DNA of 63,514 bases, the filler included, from Rhabdomonas costata (Eukaryota), in NCBI GenBank assembly GCA_019059605.1. It is 50 parts of 50 records of this genome, joined end to end, with 100 filler letters (N's around TTAATTAATTAA, not from the genome) between each part and the next. Parts side by side here need not be neighbours in the genome. Positions count along the whole stretch, not along the records: positions 49,624 to 50,795 come from JAHMHO010025127.1; positions 50,896 to 52,064 come from JAHMHO010025128.1; positions 52,165 to 53,336 come from JAHMHO010025129.1; positions 53,437 to 54,608 come from JAHMHO010025130.1; positions 54,709 to 55,880 come from JAHMHO010025131.1; positions 55,981 to 57,153 come from JAHMHO010025132.1; positions 57,254 to 58,426 come from JAHMHO010025133.1; positions 58,527 to 59,698 come from JAHMHO010025134.1; 42 more parts are not named here. One strand, given 5' to 3'. Under the pieces are notes generated by a model. The model was not told where the DNA came from. It ran no database searches and saw nothing but the letters and a program-made list of their open reading frames with translations. The first letter of the stretch is position 1. Every line of letters begins with the position of its first letter. Positions 49,624 through 62,200 of the stretch are shown here, one piece after another. Made by a program: the position numbers and the translations under genes.

Positions 49624-50795
49624 GGGTTGTGTGGTGAGGTTGGTATAGCTCCCGTTGGGCAGGGGCTGCACCGTGGTCACCGGGGTGAAGGTCGTGGTGT
49701 TGCCCACGCAGCTCGTCATGTTAGAGACATTGTCACTGCACTTCCAGAGCTTTCCGTTGAACAGGGAGGTCCCGCTGATCGCGAAGGTGAGCAGGAAAAA
49801 GGTCATCGGCACCAGCACGGTGAGCATCGCGGGAATGGTCCTCACCATTGACTCCAGTGTCACCTGAGAGACGCGGTATGTGTGTAAAAGTGTGTGTGTG
49901 TATTTATGCCTTCTTCGCCCCACCTCAGACACCACTCTCATGTGCATGACGCGCGATGGGGGCAGCCTCGCGATGCACCACTGGGTCTGCGCTGCTGTGC
50001 GGCTCGCACCGGTGGCTGCGGTGCCCAAACATACCTTTCAGCGATCCCCGTGTGATGCTCGTGGTTACTCCGTGAGAAGCGGTTCGGTGGAGCCGGAGCT
50101 GCCGATAACTGTGCTCTCCGCTTTAAACGCATGCCTGACTCGATTAGTGTGTGTGTGTGTGTGTTGTTTGGAAAATTAGGCACAAGGCAGGGCAAAGTGG
50201 CATGTGCGGTGTGGTTGATAGCATGCACGGTGCGTTGGCGTGCGTTTCCCGACGCACGCCCTGCCGCACGTGAAACGCCGCAAAAAAGCGGGCGGAGGAG
50301 TTCCAGATGTGTTACAGAAAAGGAACACCACTATTCCCAGGGCTAGCCCACACGCCCACACACGCACCCCCACAATTAACGGACCTTCAGTCCTTGGTGC
50401 ATCTGCGTGACCCGGGCCACTCGAATCACTCGGCTCGCGCTCACCGCGATGATCCCACTCCCCTGCAGCATCACGCTGAGCCAGCTGCACAGCACGCACA
50501 CGAAGTCCAGCAGCCCCCAGCCCCCTCGCAGGAACGGCCGCGTGGCCGTCCCCAGCACCGCGCCGTACGCCACCACGTTCAGCAGCAGCTCAAACGAGAA
50601 ATACGCCGCCCATGCCAGGTCCAGGTTGTGCAGGGTGTGCTGCAGGCTCCCGTTGGGGTCCTCCAGAGGGTTCTCCAACACGAGGAGCCCGCTGCTCGTC
50701 GCGACGACTCCGAAGCTGAGGTACTGAAAGGCTCGGTGCTGAACGATCTTCTGGCACACCCTCCGGATCGGGTTGTTCGGCCCAAACACAAAAAA
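49624..50795 (-). CDS. Four-domain voltage-gated Ca2+/Na+ channel-like protein, repeat III-like S1-S5
   Basis: FGPNNPIRRVCQKIVQHRAF...SSGLLVLENP...FLRGGWGLLDFVCV...RVIRVARV...GLK|VTLESMVRTIP...FAISGTSLFNGKLWKCSD; exons 50795-50385 and 49863-49624. Confidence 0.88.
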
Positions 50796-52436
50796 NNNNN
50801 NNNNNNNNNNNNNNNNNNNNNNNNNNNNNNNNNNNNNNNTTAATTAATTAANNNNNNNNNNNNNNNNNNNNNNNNNNNNNNNNNNNNNNNNNNNNGTGTT
50901 GGGGTACGCAGCCTGCCGCTTCCCATTTCTGTATCGCCCCCTCTGGGCAACACTACGGCAGCCACAACGGAGCTATGGGCAGCCTCTGACTTACAGGGTG
51001 CCCAATCGGCCGCTCTGCAGGGCAGAATCTCCCCAATGGACCTGGCCCACCCCTGGCCGGGAGGGGGAGCTGACCCACCGAGGCCCTACACCTCCCGTTC
51101 TGCTCGAGCGCGGAGGGTGTGCCACAGACTGTGCCCTCGGTAGAGGGTCGCCCCTGCCCTTGGCTTGCTCTCATGAGACTGAATTGTACTTATGTGTGGT
51201 GTTGTACTCATGCCTGATGTTCAGACTGCTTGCATGTTGTGAACGTGCGGCTTGCTGTTGATATGAGGCATCTCTCCGGAGGCAGAGCTTTGCTCATTGG
51301 GGCTTTCCCTTTCACCAGCAGCCCTCCAATATCCTCTTTGCAATATTATTTCCAATTCGCAAGTTCCTTCTTTGCGCTGCCGAACCTTTCAATCCAAACT
51401 GGTTCCATCAAAACGACGGTAAGCCCGTTTCTGCCCACCACACACATGGTGACGTAGAGCCCGCGCGCTTATGGACACGCTAGCGGAACGTACCTGGGGT
51501 CGTCGTTAACATTCGCACGTCGCACCTTAAACTCAAAACATGCGCTTTTTAAGCCTCCTTCGGAAAAAACGCATTTCATGAATACGCACGACCCCAGCGG
51601 CATTTTATCGGGTTCCTTCATGACACCCTTTGTTGGGAATTGGGGCCGGAAGCCCATTGCATCGAGCCCGGAAGCGCGTGTCGGAAGAAAACGGCGAATT
51701 GATGTCTTGAATAACCCCGTGCGCCGGGCGATTTGGAAGAAGTTAGAGCCCAACCTACGGTTTGTTTCCGCCGCGTCCCGCCGGCGTTCTGTTCGATGTT
51801 CCTCGGTGCGTTGCGGTCCGCCCCTTCACCAGAGGCCGCGCGAAACCGCCGATTCCATACAAACGGACGTTGCGCCCAAAGGGGCGGGCCGCTTCAAACC
51901 CGGGAACTGAAGTACACAAATGACCCGTACCAAATTTTATATCAGATTCGTCTACTACTCTAGCATCCATCTAGTTTTTTGAAATCCGCTATGAACTTTG
52001 TTCTGGCATTTATCCAACAGAAAATATGAACCATTCACTCGGTGGAACCAATCCATCCATAAAGNNNNNNNNNNNNNNNNNNNNNNNNNNNNNNNNNNNN
52101 NNNNNNNNTTAATTAATTAANNNNNNNNNNNNNNNNNNNNNNNNNNNNNNNNNNNNNNNNNNNNGTGTGTGGGTGCACGACATGATTTCAGGAACAGAAT
52201 TATCCAATGAGTAATGAGACAAGATTGGAAGAGGTGAAATCAGATTATGTCTGGGTTAAGTTTTGAGATGAACTGGTCATCAGAAGGGGATGGTGTGCAA
52301 TTTGGACGACATGTGAGTTTGAGTTAAGAGCTGCAGTGTGCTTGGAACAGTTCAGCGATTAGGACATAGTGCCGGGATGTTAAAAATTCAGTGATTGGGG
52401 CTTAGTGCCCTTTTTTGTATGTGCACGCACGCGCAG

Positions 52437-53178
52437 GAGCACGTGCTGTATTGGATGTCCAAGGTGGGGCTTTTGGCGAAGCGCTTTTCCCTGCCTTGTC
52501 AAATGTCTGGTGGGGAGCAGCGCCGCCTGAGCATTGCCATGGCCCTCGTGGGCAACCCCAAGATCGTATGTGAGGAGGGGTCCTTCCTTCTTCCCTTTTC
52601 TTTCAATGGTTTTTGCTGTGCTATCCGCAAGCCCCGCTGCTATGGTGTTTTCCGCCCCTCCGTTTGCTTCATGGTTTTTCAGCATTCAGACACGCTCGTT
52701 CGGCTCCCTTCTTTATGATGGGGTTGACAAGGCCGTCGTTTTGCCCCTGGGCTCTTCCCTGCCGATCGTTGGGGCCCTCACTCTCCTTTTCTCCCTTACC
52801 TTGAGCCAAGCTGGACCTGTTGGTCGGTTGTCCGCCTGCGGTTACCAGCAAAGAATCGGACACCCGCTCATGAATACGGCATTGAGTTCTCCTCTGCTTT
52901 CACTCTTACGCTCTGCCAAGGTTTTCCTGGATGAGCCCACCACTGGCCTGGACCCCAGCACCCGCCGCGAGATCTGGAACATGATCACCGAGGCCAAGGT
53001 GGGCCGCTGTGTGATCCTCACCACGCACAGCATGGAGGAGGTGGAGGTGCTCTCCGACCGCATCGGGATCATGGCTCTGGGGATGCTGCGGTGTCTGGGC
53101 TCCCCGTTGCACCTGAAGAACAAGTACGGCAAGGGTTTCCGCGTGACGATCTCGTTCGACGAAAGGGACCGCCAAAGG
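52437..53178 (+). CDS. ABCA-subfamily ABC transporter nucleotide-binding domain
   Basis: Exons 52437-52565 (MSGGEQRRLSIAMALVGNPKI) and 52921-53178 (VFLDEPTTGLDPSTRR...LTTHSMEEVEVLSDRI...GSPLHLKNKYGKG). Confidence 0.96.
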
Positions 53179-53652
53179 GTTTGTGCTCTGCAGGGGATTG
53201 GACTTGCGAGTCGTTTCACTCAGTCAACTTTTGGCCCATTGACCTAAGGGGATTGGTAACCATTTCCAGGTACGAGTTACATCACAAAGAAACAGAAAAC
53301 TGACTGAAACGACTCGCAAGTCCAATCCCCCCCACANNNNNNNNNNNNNNNNNNNNNNNNNNNNNNNNNNNNNNNNNNNNTTAATTAATTAANNNNNNNN
53401 NNNNNNNNNNNNNNNNNNNNNNNNNNNNNNNNNNNNAAAAGAACACGTCAGCATCGTTGGGAAGGATAGACGAGGGACTCCCTTATTTATTTTCATTTCG
53501 GGACCAAATGAGGCCGATACGATTGCAGAGCTCTCAACAGTACACCACGACGGACGGTATGCTTTTTTTACTGGTGTGCCCCAAACACTTTCGGCTTTGT
53601 TGCAGCGAATATTATGCTTTGGTGTGTTCATCTTTTATTTTGAGTTCTTACT

Positions 53653-54164
53653 ATGAGCCTCTTCGATGGCCTTCCGCCCCCTCAGCAAGGGGGTGGCACT
53701 ACCAAGCCCACTTCCACGGATGCTGTACCTTCGTCCTCGTCCCCCTCGTCGGCGTCTTCCACCAGTGGGTTATTTGCTGGTCTGCCGCCTTCCAAGACCA
53801 CCTCCACCGCCGTGTCAGACTCTGCTGTGGCGTCCGATGCTGCACTTTCATTGAAACCCAGCGCCACGGCCGCCAGAAAGGTGGTGCCGCCCCGTGCACT
53901 AAAAAACCCCGCCCCTTCGCACCCTGCACCGGCTGCGGCTCCGCTGAAGCGGCCCAGAACAGACACTGTCGCGGAGGGAGATGCCGAGCCAAGCTCGGCG
54001 GGCGAAGGGGCTAAGACGGAAGGGGAGACCGCCAGAGGCTCGGCCGCCGCGGAGGCCGAGGGGCCGGTGCTGGAACGGTTCCAGCTGCACTCGGCGTTTG
54101 CGCATGAGAAGGGCCGAAGGATAACCATGGAGGACGCGGCCGTCACGGTAGACGACCTTCACGA
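53653..54164 (+). CDS. PP2C/PPM phosphatase (ILKAP-like), first exon
   Basis: MSLFDGLPPP start, a low-complexity linker, then AFAHEKGRRITMEDA, the PP2C motif GRRxxMED. Confidence 0.82.
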
Positions 54165-55091
54165 GTGGATTCGGCTGGTGGTTCCATTGGGCGGCCCGGG
54201 AAGCGCAGGTACACTACGGGAGAGCAAGGAAAGCCTGCTGTTAGTTTTTACGGTTTGTCTTCGCGCATATGCAGATTCAGCCAGATTGCAAATGCAGAAC
54301 AAAAACGGTTGATGTAAAAATAGCCTCAACGGCACTCAAGATTACTGAATAGATCAGGCAGCGTGTCGGTGCGAGTGTGACGGAGTGTTCTACGTTTTGA
54401 ACCTGCCTGCTTTAGGGCTTGCCTTGCTAATGGTTTCTGTAACTTTGAATTTGCCGATGCGCCTGACGTCAACAACCCGGGACGCCAGCGTTCACGTGCC
54501 CCGATGTACCGACTCGTGGAGGTGCTTAACTGGTCGAGCTGACTAGTAGTTACTTTTCGTTAGACTGACGGACCACACTACCTTTCCTCTTCAGACCCCA
54601 CCACAACANNNNNNNNNNNNNNNNNNNNNNNNNNNNNNNNNNNNNNNNNNNNTTAATTAATTAANNNNNNNNNNNNNNNNNNNNNNNNNNNNNNNNNNNN
54701 NNNNNNNNGTGGTTTTTGAAGGCTTGAAAGCAAAACGAACCAAACGAACGGCGCCTTGCATCCCAAATGAGCAAAGTGATTCTTGGCAGCAACAATCTGC
54801 ACTGCACTGGTTCACCACTGTTCAGTGAATGGCAACGTGCAAATGGCAGAGAAGGCGCGCTTGATGTGGAGGGAAGATCCGACCCGCCCTCCCGCGTAGC
54901 GGTGAAGGGTGGGTCCATAAGCATCGCCGTCACCACCATGAACGGCACCAGGAAAAACTACAACGAATACGCATAGAAGATCGCGCGTTGTTGTGGTCGA
55001 GCAAGCCCACTTGCAGTTGCTCATTCTCACCGCGCCTGCACGGCGCTGTCTTTTCCTCTCTCTCGACTCCCCGCTTCCCTTTTCTCCACAG

Positions 55092-55880
55092 CGGCAGGCT
55101 TCCGGCTGCTGTGCGACTTGGTTGTGAAAGATCGCTCGCGCAAGGGCTGTCCCCAGGGTTCCTGTACTTTGAAGCCCGGCTCTGTGTTTGATGGTGCGTT
55201 TGCTTTCAGACGAGCGGCGAAAAAGCGGGTGGGTCGCAGCATTATTGGTTAGGTGCTGCTCGCAGTTGTCAGTACTCTGCTGTATATAATGGCGCTTCGT
55301 TCATCGTCACTCTGGCACACCAATCCCACTGGATGTGTCAGGTTTGCAATTCGACGGCTACTGCTCCCGCATAAATAGGGGAGGACATTGCTCTCTGCAC
55401 AGGTCCTATGTCGCTGGGGGTCGCAGGTGGAAGGTCGGAGGCTAATGGGGTGATAAACGGCATGTGGGAATCTCCTGCGGCGTGGGAATTTCAACTGTTT
55501 TTCAGATACTGTTTTCAATAACTACTTGAAGTGACAGTTGCCTGATTGCGGCGCGGTAATGTCCTCATTCCTTTTTCTCAATCTGGATGTGGTCCGGTTC
55601 TGTCTGATATGCAGCTCTTTTTTGCCGGTACCAGGGGCTTTGATCTATATCGAGACCTCGTCCGACCTGCAGCACATCCTACGCATTCTGCCTCAAGTGC
55701 GGGGTACGTTTTCCCTGCTGACCCACAACTTCAACTTCCCGACCTTTCCTGCACGGCTGCTGAACTCTCCGAAGCTCAGGTTGTGGTTTGCGATACACCT
55801 GCAGCGTGTGAACACCCACCCGAAGCTGGTGGCCATTCCTCTGGGGCTGCCAAAGAAGGGCCGCAGCCACACAACCAAAA
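55092..55880 (+). CDS. Putative glycosyltransferase-associated (exostosin-like) protein exons
   Basis: AGFRLLCDLVV and FSLLTHNFN...LLNSPKLRLWFAIH...HPKLVAIPLGL resemble the pattern 'F.L.THN.D...L..P.L..WFA.N...HPK...IPLGL'. The function is inferred. Confidence 0.55.
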
Positions 55881-56512
55881 NNNNNNNNNNNNNNNNNNNN
55901 NNNNNNNNNNNNNNNNNNNNNNNNTTAATTAATTAANNNNNNNNNNNNNNNNNNNNNNNNNNNNNNNNNNNNNNNNNNNNGGTGTGTGGGTAGAGGGGAG
56001 GGGGAGCGCGGATATATCAAGGATGCGGAGTCTGAACCCACTTAAACAACGCCTGATACATGTTCAGGTGGGTGGGATGTGGACCTACGATTTTCCAATG
56101 TCACAAAAACAAGGCAGCGTGGACACGATTGTGGCAGCAACAATGGCGCGAAAGCACAAGGGTACAGTGATCAGAAGGCTGGGAAGTGGGGACAGGACAG
56201 GAGTTTGGAGAAAATGGGGTGCGTGAGGATGATGTCCATATGTCCAAAACGATGAGAGGAGGTTGGTGTCCAAAGCAGCAGCAAAGAAATCCGGCACAGG
56301 GATATGTCGTTCGGGGGCAGCCAGCATCATCGACCCCCTGCACTTTTCTGCCGGAAAAACCATCATGCCGCTGCCCAAAAAGTTGCTCCTTTAAATACTC
56401 ATTGATGTGACGAGTTGCTGCATGAACGTTTGCGCTGCTGTTTTCTCGAAATAAAACGAAGTGAGAAACTAACGCAGTGAAATGCAGGGGTTAGTATATG
56501 CAGCCAACGGGG

Positions 56513-56571
56513 AGGGTTAGGGTTAGGGTTAGGGTTAGGTGTTAGGGTTAGGGTTAGGGTTAGGGTTAGGG
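56513..56571 (+). repeat. Interstitial telomeric repeat tract (TTAGGG)n
   Basis: Eight perfect TTAGGG units plus one TTAGGTG variant, with unique sequence on both sides. Confidence 0.95.
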
Positions 56572-57253
56572 CAACATGTCTGCCTTCCTGCCTGTCTGTC
56601 TTTTCTCACTTTCTTCCCTGCGAGGGAGTCAAAGTTTCAAGTCTCCATCCACCACGAGGGGATGCTACACTTTTAGGCGGGGCGGATGAGCGATGACGTG
56701 GATGAACCAATAAGAGCAAAATGTCAACAAACTGCACATCCTCGTTACGTTTCGGGATCCTTTGCGCTGCCACCGGCGCGCAGTGTTCATACCCATATTG
56801 TCTTGCAGCGGACACACTTTCCCCATGTTTCTTTTGAACCGTCAGTGCTGTGGCCGCGGCTGCGAAGAGAAGCATTTCTGGTACAAACATGACCTTCGCC
56901 AAGTGGTGCCTCCCCACCTCTGTTCTCAGTTGTGCTTGACATCGCCTGGACACGAACAAAGAAATCGTCTTCGGACGGGTTTCCTCCCCTTCTAAAAAGC
57001 AGGCTGGCTGGAGGCCCGTGCTTAACAGGATGGTTCCCTGCTCCCTGCACCCCCTTCCTTTCCCTGTGTAAATAGTGGGCGTGGTCGGCTGGGGTATTCT
57101 CGCCCAAACTCAGCAAGACAAAAACAAATAAAAATCAGAGCGACCCAACACCCNNNNNNNNNNNNNNNNNNNNNNNNNNNNNNNNNNNNNNNNNNNNTTA
57201 ATTAATTAANNNNNNNNNNNNNNNNNNNNNNNNNNNNNNNNNNNNNNNNNNNN

Positions 57254-57349
57254 AAGGTCTAGGTTGGGCTTCGCGGAGAGCAGGGCCTCGAAGGCCTCCG
57301 CCCACTTCTTCTCCAGGGCGAGGTGAAGCGCAGTCTTGCCCGAGGAGTC
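57254..57349 (-). CDS. Ankyrin-repeat exon
   Basis: DSSGKTALHLALEKKWAEAFEALLSAKPNLDL follows a cacag acceptor and has the G.TALH.A motif. Confidence 0.88.
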
Positions 57350-58655
57350 CTGTGAAAGGGAGTCGTCCACAAAGGGGTGCGGGCGCAGAAATGCGTGTGC
57401 GTGGGTCTGGTTAGAAGTCCATCGTGTGTGGGGTGGGTAGTTGAAGGTATGGTGAAAAACGAAAGGAATGTGACGTGAGAAGAGAAACGCCGCATCAGAA
57501 AAAACAATGAATGAATCACCACAGTGAAAGGCTAACGTTTTGATCAATGTCGCAGGCTCTTGTACCGCCCTCGGATCAAACAGTCTTTCATTCGGGCGGC
57601 TTCCCCGTCTCACCGCCGCCACGACGCCTCGGTCAAGGGGACCCTCCACTAGCAAGCACATTGGCTAGAATTTCTCTTGTTTTTCTTGAGCACAGTCCTT
57701 GATAATATTTGACGTCTATACAGAATGCGACCAGCCCAATTGCATTTAGCACTTCTTTTTTCATTCTTTCCCACTCTTTGCCCAGGACTAGTGGTTTCAT
57801 AGAGGTTCTGAGGCTGGAACCGTTTCTCCTGCTGGCCGGAGGAGAAAATACGGAAACCCAATGGAAATATGGAAGCAACAAAATGCCTCAGTTTTCTGTG
57901 TTGTTTCTCTCGAGCAAAAAGCAAAGATGATGAGACTAGCCCATGTCACCGATTCCTTAACATTATGTTACGGTGTGCTTTTGATGGGACTGTGTACTGG
58001 TTCACCACGGCTCAACCCCCTCCCCACTCCACAGCACTTTCCAAAGGGGATGCCTAGCCAGTTTCCCGACCATCAGGCACCGAAAATGGCCTGTGTGCAT
58101 TGAGGGAGGCCACGACTGTGCTTGCGGTGGTTTCTCTCTTCGGAGCCGATTCACAATCACAGTGAAATGACAGCCCATTCAATGAGAGGGCTTTGGAGCG
58201 GGCGAACTGATAAGCACAAACACAAACTTGTGCTTGAGGAATGACCAAATGCGTACGGAGGTCAGCGACACGATTTCGGAACACGAAGATAGCGGAACAC
58301 TTCAGTTTCAGTTTTACGAAGGTCAACCCAATCATTGCCGCAGCGTTTGTTCTGAATAGAATTCTTTTTGAATGCGAACCCGAACCAAAAAAACGCTTAC
58401 GTTGTTGTGTGGGAACCCAAAACACANNNNNNNNNNNNNNNNNNNNNNNNNNNNNNNNNNNNNNNNNNNNTTAATTAATTAANNNNNNNNNNNNNNNNNN
58501 NNNNNNNNNNNNNNNNNNNNNNNNNNTGGGGTGTGGCAAAAGCGATATTTAGGGAGAAAGGGAGAGAGAGAGCGGGACTAAAGCAAGCGGACGGTGTCGA
58601 GGGAAGTGCAGTGCATATGAAAATGTTGAGTGCTGGGAAATTAAAAGAACTCATA

Positions 58656-59290
58656 CCATCAACGATGCTGTTGAAAAGGTGGGACAGCCCACCCTTCTCC
58701 AGCATCCACCGGCAGTTCTTGGAGTAGGAAACCGCGGCGACCGGAATTCTAAAGCCAAGGAGCAACCGAAGCAAAACACCATCTGATGGGTTCAGGCCAG
58801 CACGGAAAAGAGTGGCACAGAACAAGGAAGGGAGAAAGTAAATCAAAGAGCAATCAAGCAAGGAATTTTTTCTTGTGTTGGTGAAAGAAATCGTACCCCT
58901 CATCACGAAGGTCCTTGATCAGGTTGATGATCCCAGGGTCGGTCTTCAGCCCGCAATCCTCAATGGACTCCTATTTAGTGTAGGCGCGGGCGGAAGCTTC
59001 AACCTGAAACCGCCTTTGGAAACCTTTTCAAGCATTCCAAAAAGCAGGGCAAATCATTGAAAACAACTTACCACTGTCCATGTCAACGTGTTTGCAGCGC
59101 ATTGGGTGAACAGGAAAACGAAGGAAGGGTGAGATTGGATAGGGAATGACGAGAAAGGAAACGCTGACCCTAAACTTCGCGCGCTTCGCGTTGCCCAGCC
59201 CGCAGAGCGTGGGCGCAGTGACGGCGTCCACCGAGGAGCCCAGCGGAAGGTCGATACCCCGGGACATCAGGAACAGCTGAAGGCCGAGGT
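58656..59290 (-). CDS. Beta-phosphoglucomutase-family HAD hydrolase, three exons
   Basis: LFLMSRGIDLPLGSSVDAVTAPTLCGLGNAKRAKFR|ESIEDCGLKTDPGIINLIKDLRDEG|IPVAAVSYSKNCRWMLEKGGLSHLFNSIVDG; the exons join in phase through GT-AG introns. Confidence 0.85.
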
Positions 59291-62200
59291 ACCGGTAGTC
59301 CTCTGCAAAGCCCGCCGCCATATTACCGTTTCCATCCCGCACCCCCGAATCCAGCCACGTCCCTTCGTCGCACAATCCATTACCAACCGGAACTATGTAA
59401 GTGGCCCGCTCCGTCACTGGCAGAAGCACTACCCCCTCACCCCACTATGATGCCTGGTTCCGACCTCGATCAGCACAACTTCTATGGGCCTGTGTTGGAT
59501 TAGGATAACGGTTCAGATTAAGGTTGAAAACATGGGGGGCGACACTGCTTTTTCTTGACGATGGGGGAGGGGAGCATTAAATGTAGTGCCTGACATGGTT
59601 CGAATGGCATCATCCGGAAAAGCTTACCAACTCCCGTGTACCAAAAAATGATCACCAAACTCTCAGTGTTCGCTGTTCTCCGTATGATCAAACGCTTANN
59701 NNNNNNNNNNNNNNNNNNNNNNNNNNNNNNNNNNNNNNNNNNTTAATTAATTAANNNNNNNNNNNNNNNNNNNNNNNNNNNNNNNNNNNNNNNNNNNNTT
59801 TTGGGGGTGAGGCAGCAAAATGCCGCTCATCCTCCCCAACCTTTTCGTGTTATGTACCCTTTTTTCACTAAAACAACTCCAAACCACCACTTCCATTTTG
59901 CTGCCTCACCACTCAAAGCCTTCAGCGTTTTTGAAAAGTAATTGAGAAAACACGCCCTGCACCCTCAAATCGATTTTTGTGAAGGCTTACAAGACAACAG
60001 TCTCGCCCAGAGCCCCAAGGTAAACATTGGACAGTCCGACAGAGGAGCAAGCGGTGCTCCATAAAGAAGTCATGCTACGGCAGAGGACAGTTATTAACCC
60101 TCTGTCTGGTGTAAAGACGAACCAAAAGTCGTCACGAAGATCATTGTAGCCCTTACAATCCCCCCACGACCACCACCCATCCCGCCACCATCCATTGCAT
60201 CCTCCGCTGTTTCTGCGAGGGCTCTCCCCTTCCCCTTCTCTCAGATGCCTTGTGGCTTACTTGGTAAGCCATAACGAGCGGTGTACCAAAGGGCTGGTGG
60301 GCCTGGATGAGGCTGTTCGGGAAGGAGCATATTCCTCTGCTTCAACACCACATCACACTGCATTCCACTCCATCAGCGAATAAAGCGAAAAAAAAATGCC
60401 CTACTAGCCCTAAAGCCACTGCGAATACACTCCAGCGAACTCCATAATGTCCACCTAAATTGCGTTTCTTCTCTTCCCTTATCACGCTTGGACACCTCAC
60501 GGTCACTTTCCCTTGTGACTTACTTACCTTCATCTTTTTTCCACAAAGCCAATCAGAACTCTTAAACTGCCACAACTGCGCACGAAAACTCTGAATGACG
60601 ACGACAGAGGCGGCCCAGTCAAACACTCTTACAAAAAAAAGGCGGGAGGGTGGTAAGGGCCTGGAAGATCCGCTCCGCCAGGACAAGCCCGCAGTCCCGG
60701 CACACCAGATCCCCAGCGGCATAGTCCTCCACGATGTCTCGGGAACGGCACTGCGTGCATACCCAGTCAATGGAGTTCAGCGCCATTCGATCTCAGAGGA
60801 GTGAGGGCCCACCCCCGCACCAATGGAGTGGGGGAGGAAGGCGCACGCAGAACCCGACCGCAAAAAAAAAGGGGCGAAAACACAAACGCAAAATTACCTC
60901 TGCAAAAGTAACACGCCCTGTGACATCAAGAAAGGGGGGCAAAGAACCACGTAAAAAGATCACCCAACACNNNNNNNNNNNNNNNNNNNNNNNNNNNNNN
61001 NNNNNNNNNNNNNNTTAATTAATTAANNNNNNNNNNNNNNNNNNNNNNNNNNNNNNNNNNNNNNNNNNNNGGTGTGTCGGGAATGCCTCGACATACCCTC
61101 CACCGTATGAACACGATGTTCAGAGAGGTGCGCGGAGGAGGCCGCCGAGGCTGACATACAACATGCTTGTCCTTGTTTAAGAGAAGAGGCTTACTTGAGC
61201 TTTACATTGGGCCTATTTGCAACTACAAAACTGTTCCGATCAAGTTAAGCTGTCTTTCCCCTTGGTTATCTTTTATGTCTATTTTTGTCTGTCCGTCTGT
61301 CTTCTCCTCTTCAGTTACCAAATGCAACGGCATTATAAGCGAATGCAAAAAACACACATTGATGTCGGCAAAACCTATAACCGTCAGCGGAAAGGCCAAC
61401 GAGAACGACGCCAACAAGTTAATACAAGAATAATCACGGTGCAGTTACCCTAGTTGTAGGCATTGCGCATGGTACCTAGTTGTTGTAGTGGACATGGCGT
61501 AAGGGTGACGCCCTACTGGTGAAGCGCCGCAGGGCTTTTCACAGTGTGGCGGCGTGGGTAGGCGGGAAAGGACCCTGGGTGGAGGGATGAGCACCTGCGC
61601 CCGACGCAGGCGCCCCGGCGAAGGGGAGCGTCGTGGACCACGCCCTTCTGCACCGAATGGGTATGGGAGCTGAGGCGGTTGGTGTCTTGGCGTTGAGGTA
61701 TCTGGGGGTCATCGGCGGAAGATCAAACAGTGAGAAAGATTTAAACCATAAACGCCATACGTGTCGAGCGGGTTGTTCAGAGAAATTTCACATACCACAA
61801 AGGGGCGTTTTCTTTCCTGGCTTCTGTGCCCGGGATGGTTCTGCAAAGTAAGACGCGTCTTATCCAAAACAAATAAGCCTATCCGAATTGCGATTAATGG
61901 GTTTTTAATGGGTTAAAAGGTTTGTGTGAAAATCAACAGTTAGAACAAACAAAACCGAGCGGTTATGTTTAATAAATGGTACCCCCTTTTCCGCTACACT
62001 ATATTTTTTTAGAGAACTGAAGCGTGTCTATGCCGAAGCGGGCCATGGGCTTTTGTATATGCAGCCTGCCGGCAAAAACGTTGCATGTCATTGGGGTCAA
62101 AGTTTCCTGGCCTGGGTATCCTTACGTAGGTGATATCATTTCATTATGTGAGTGTACAAGGACGTATCAAATGTCAGGAACCCCAAAGACCAAGATTGCC

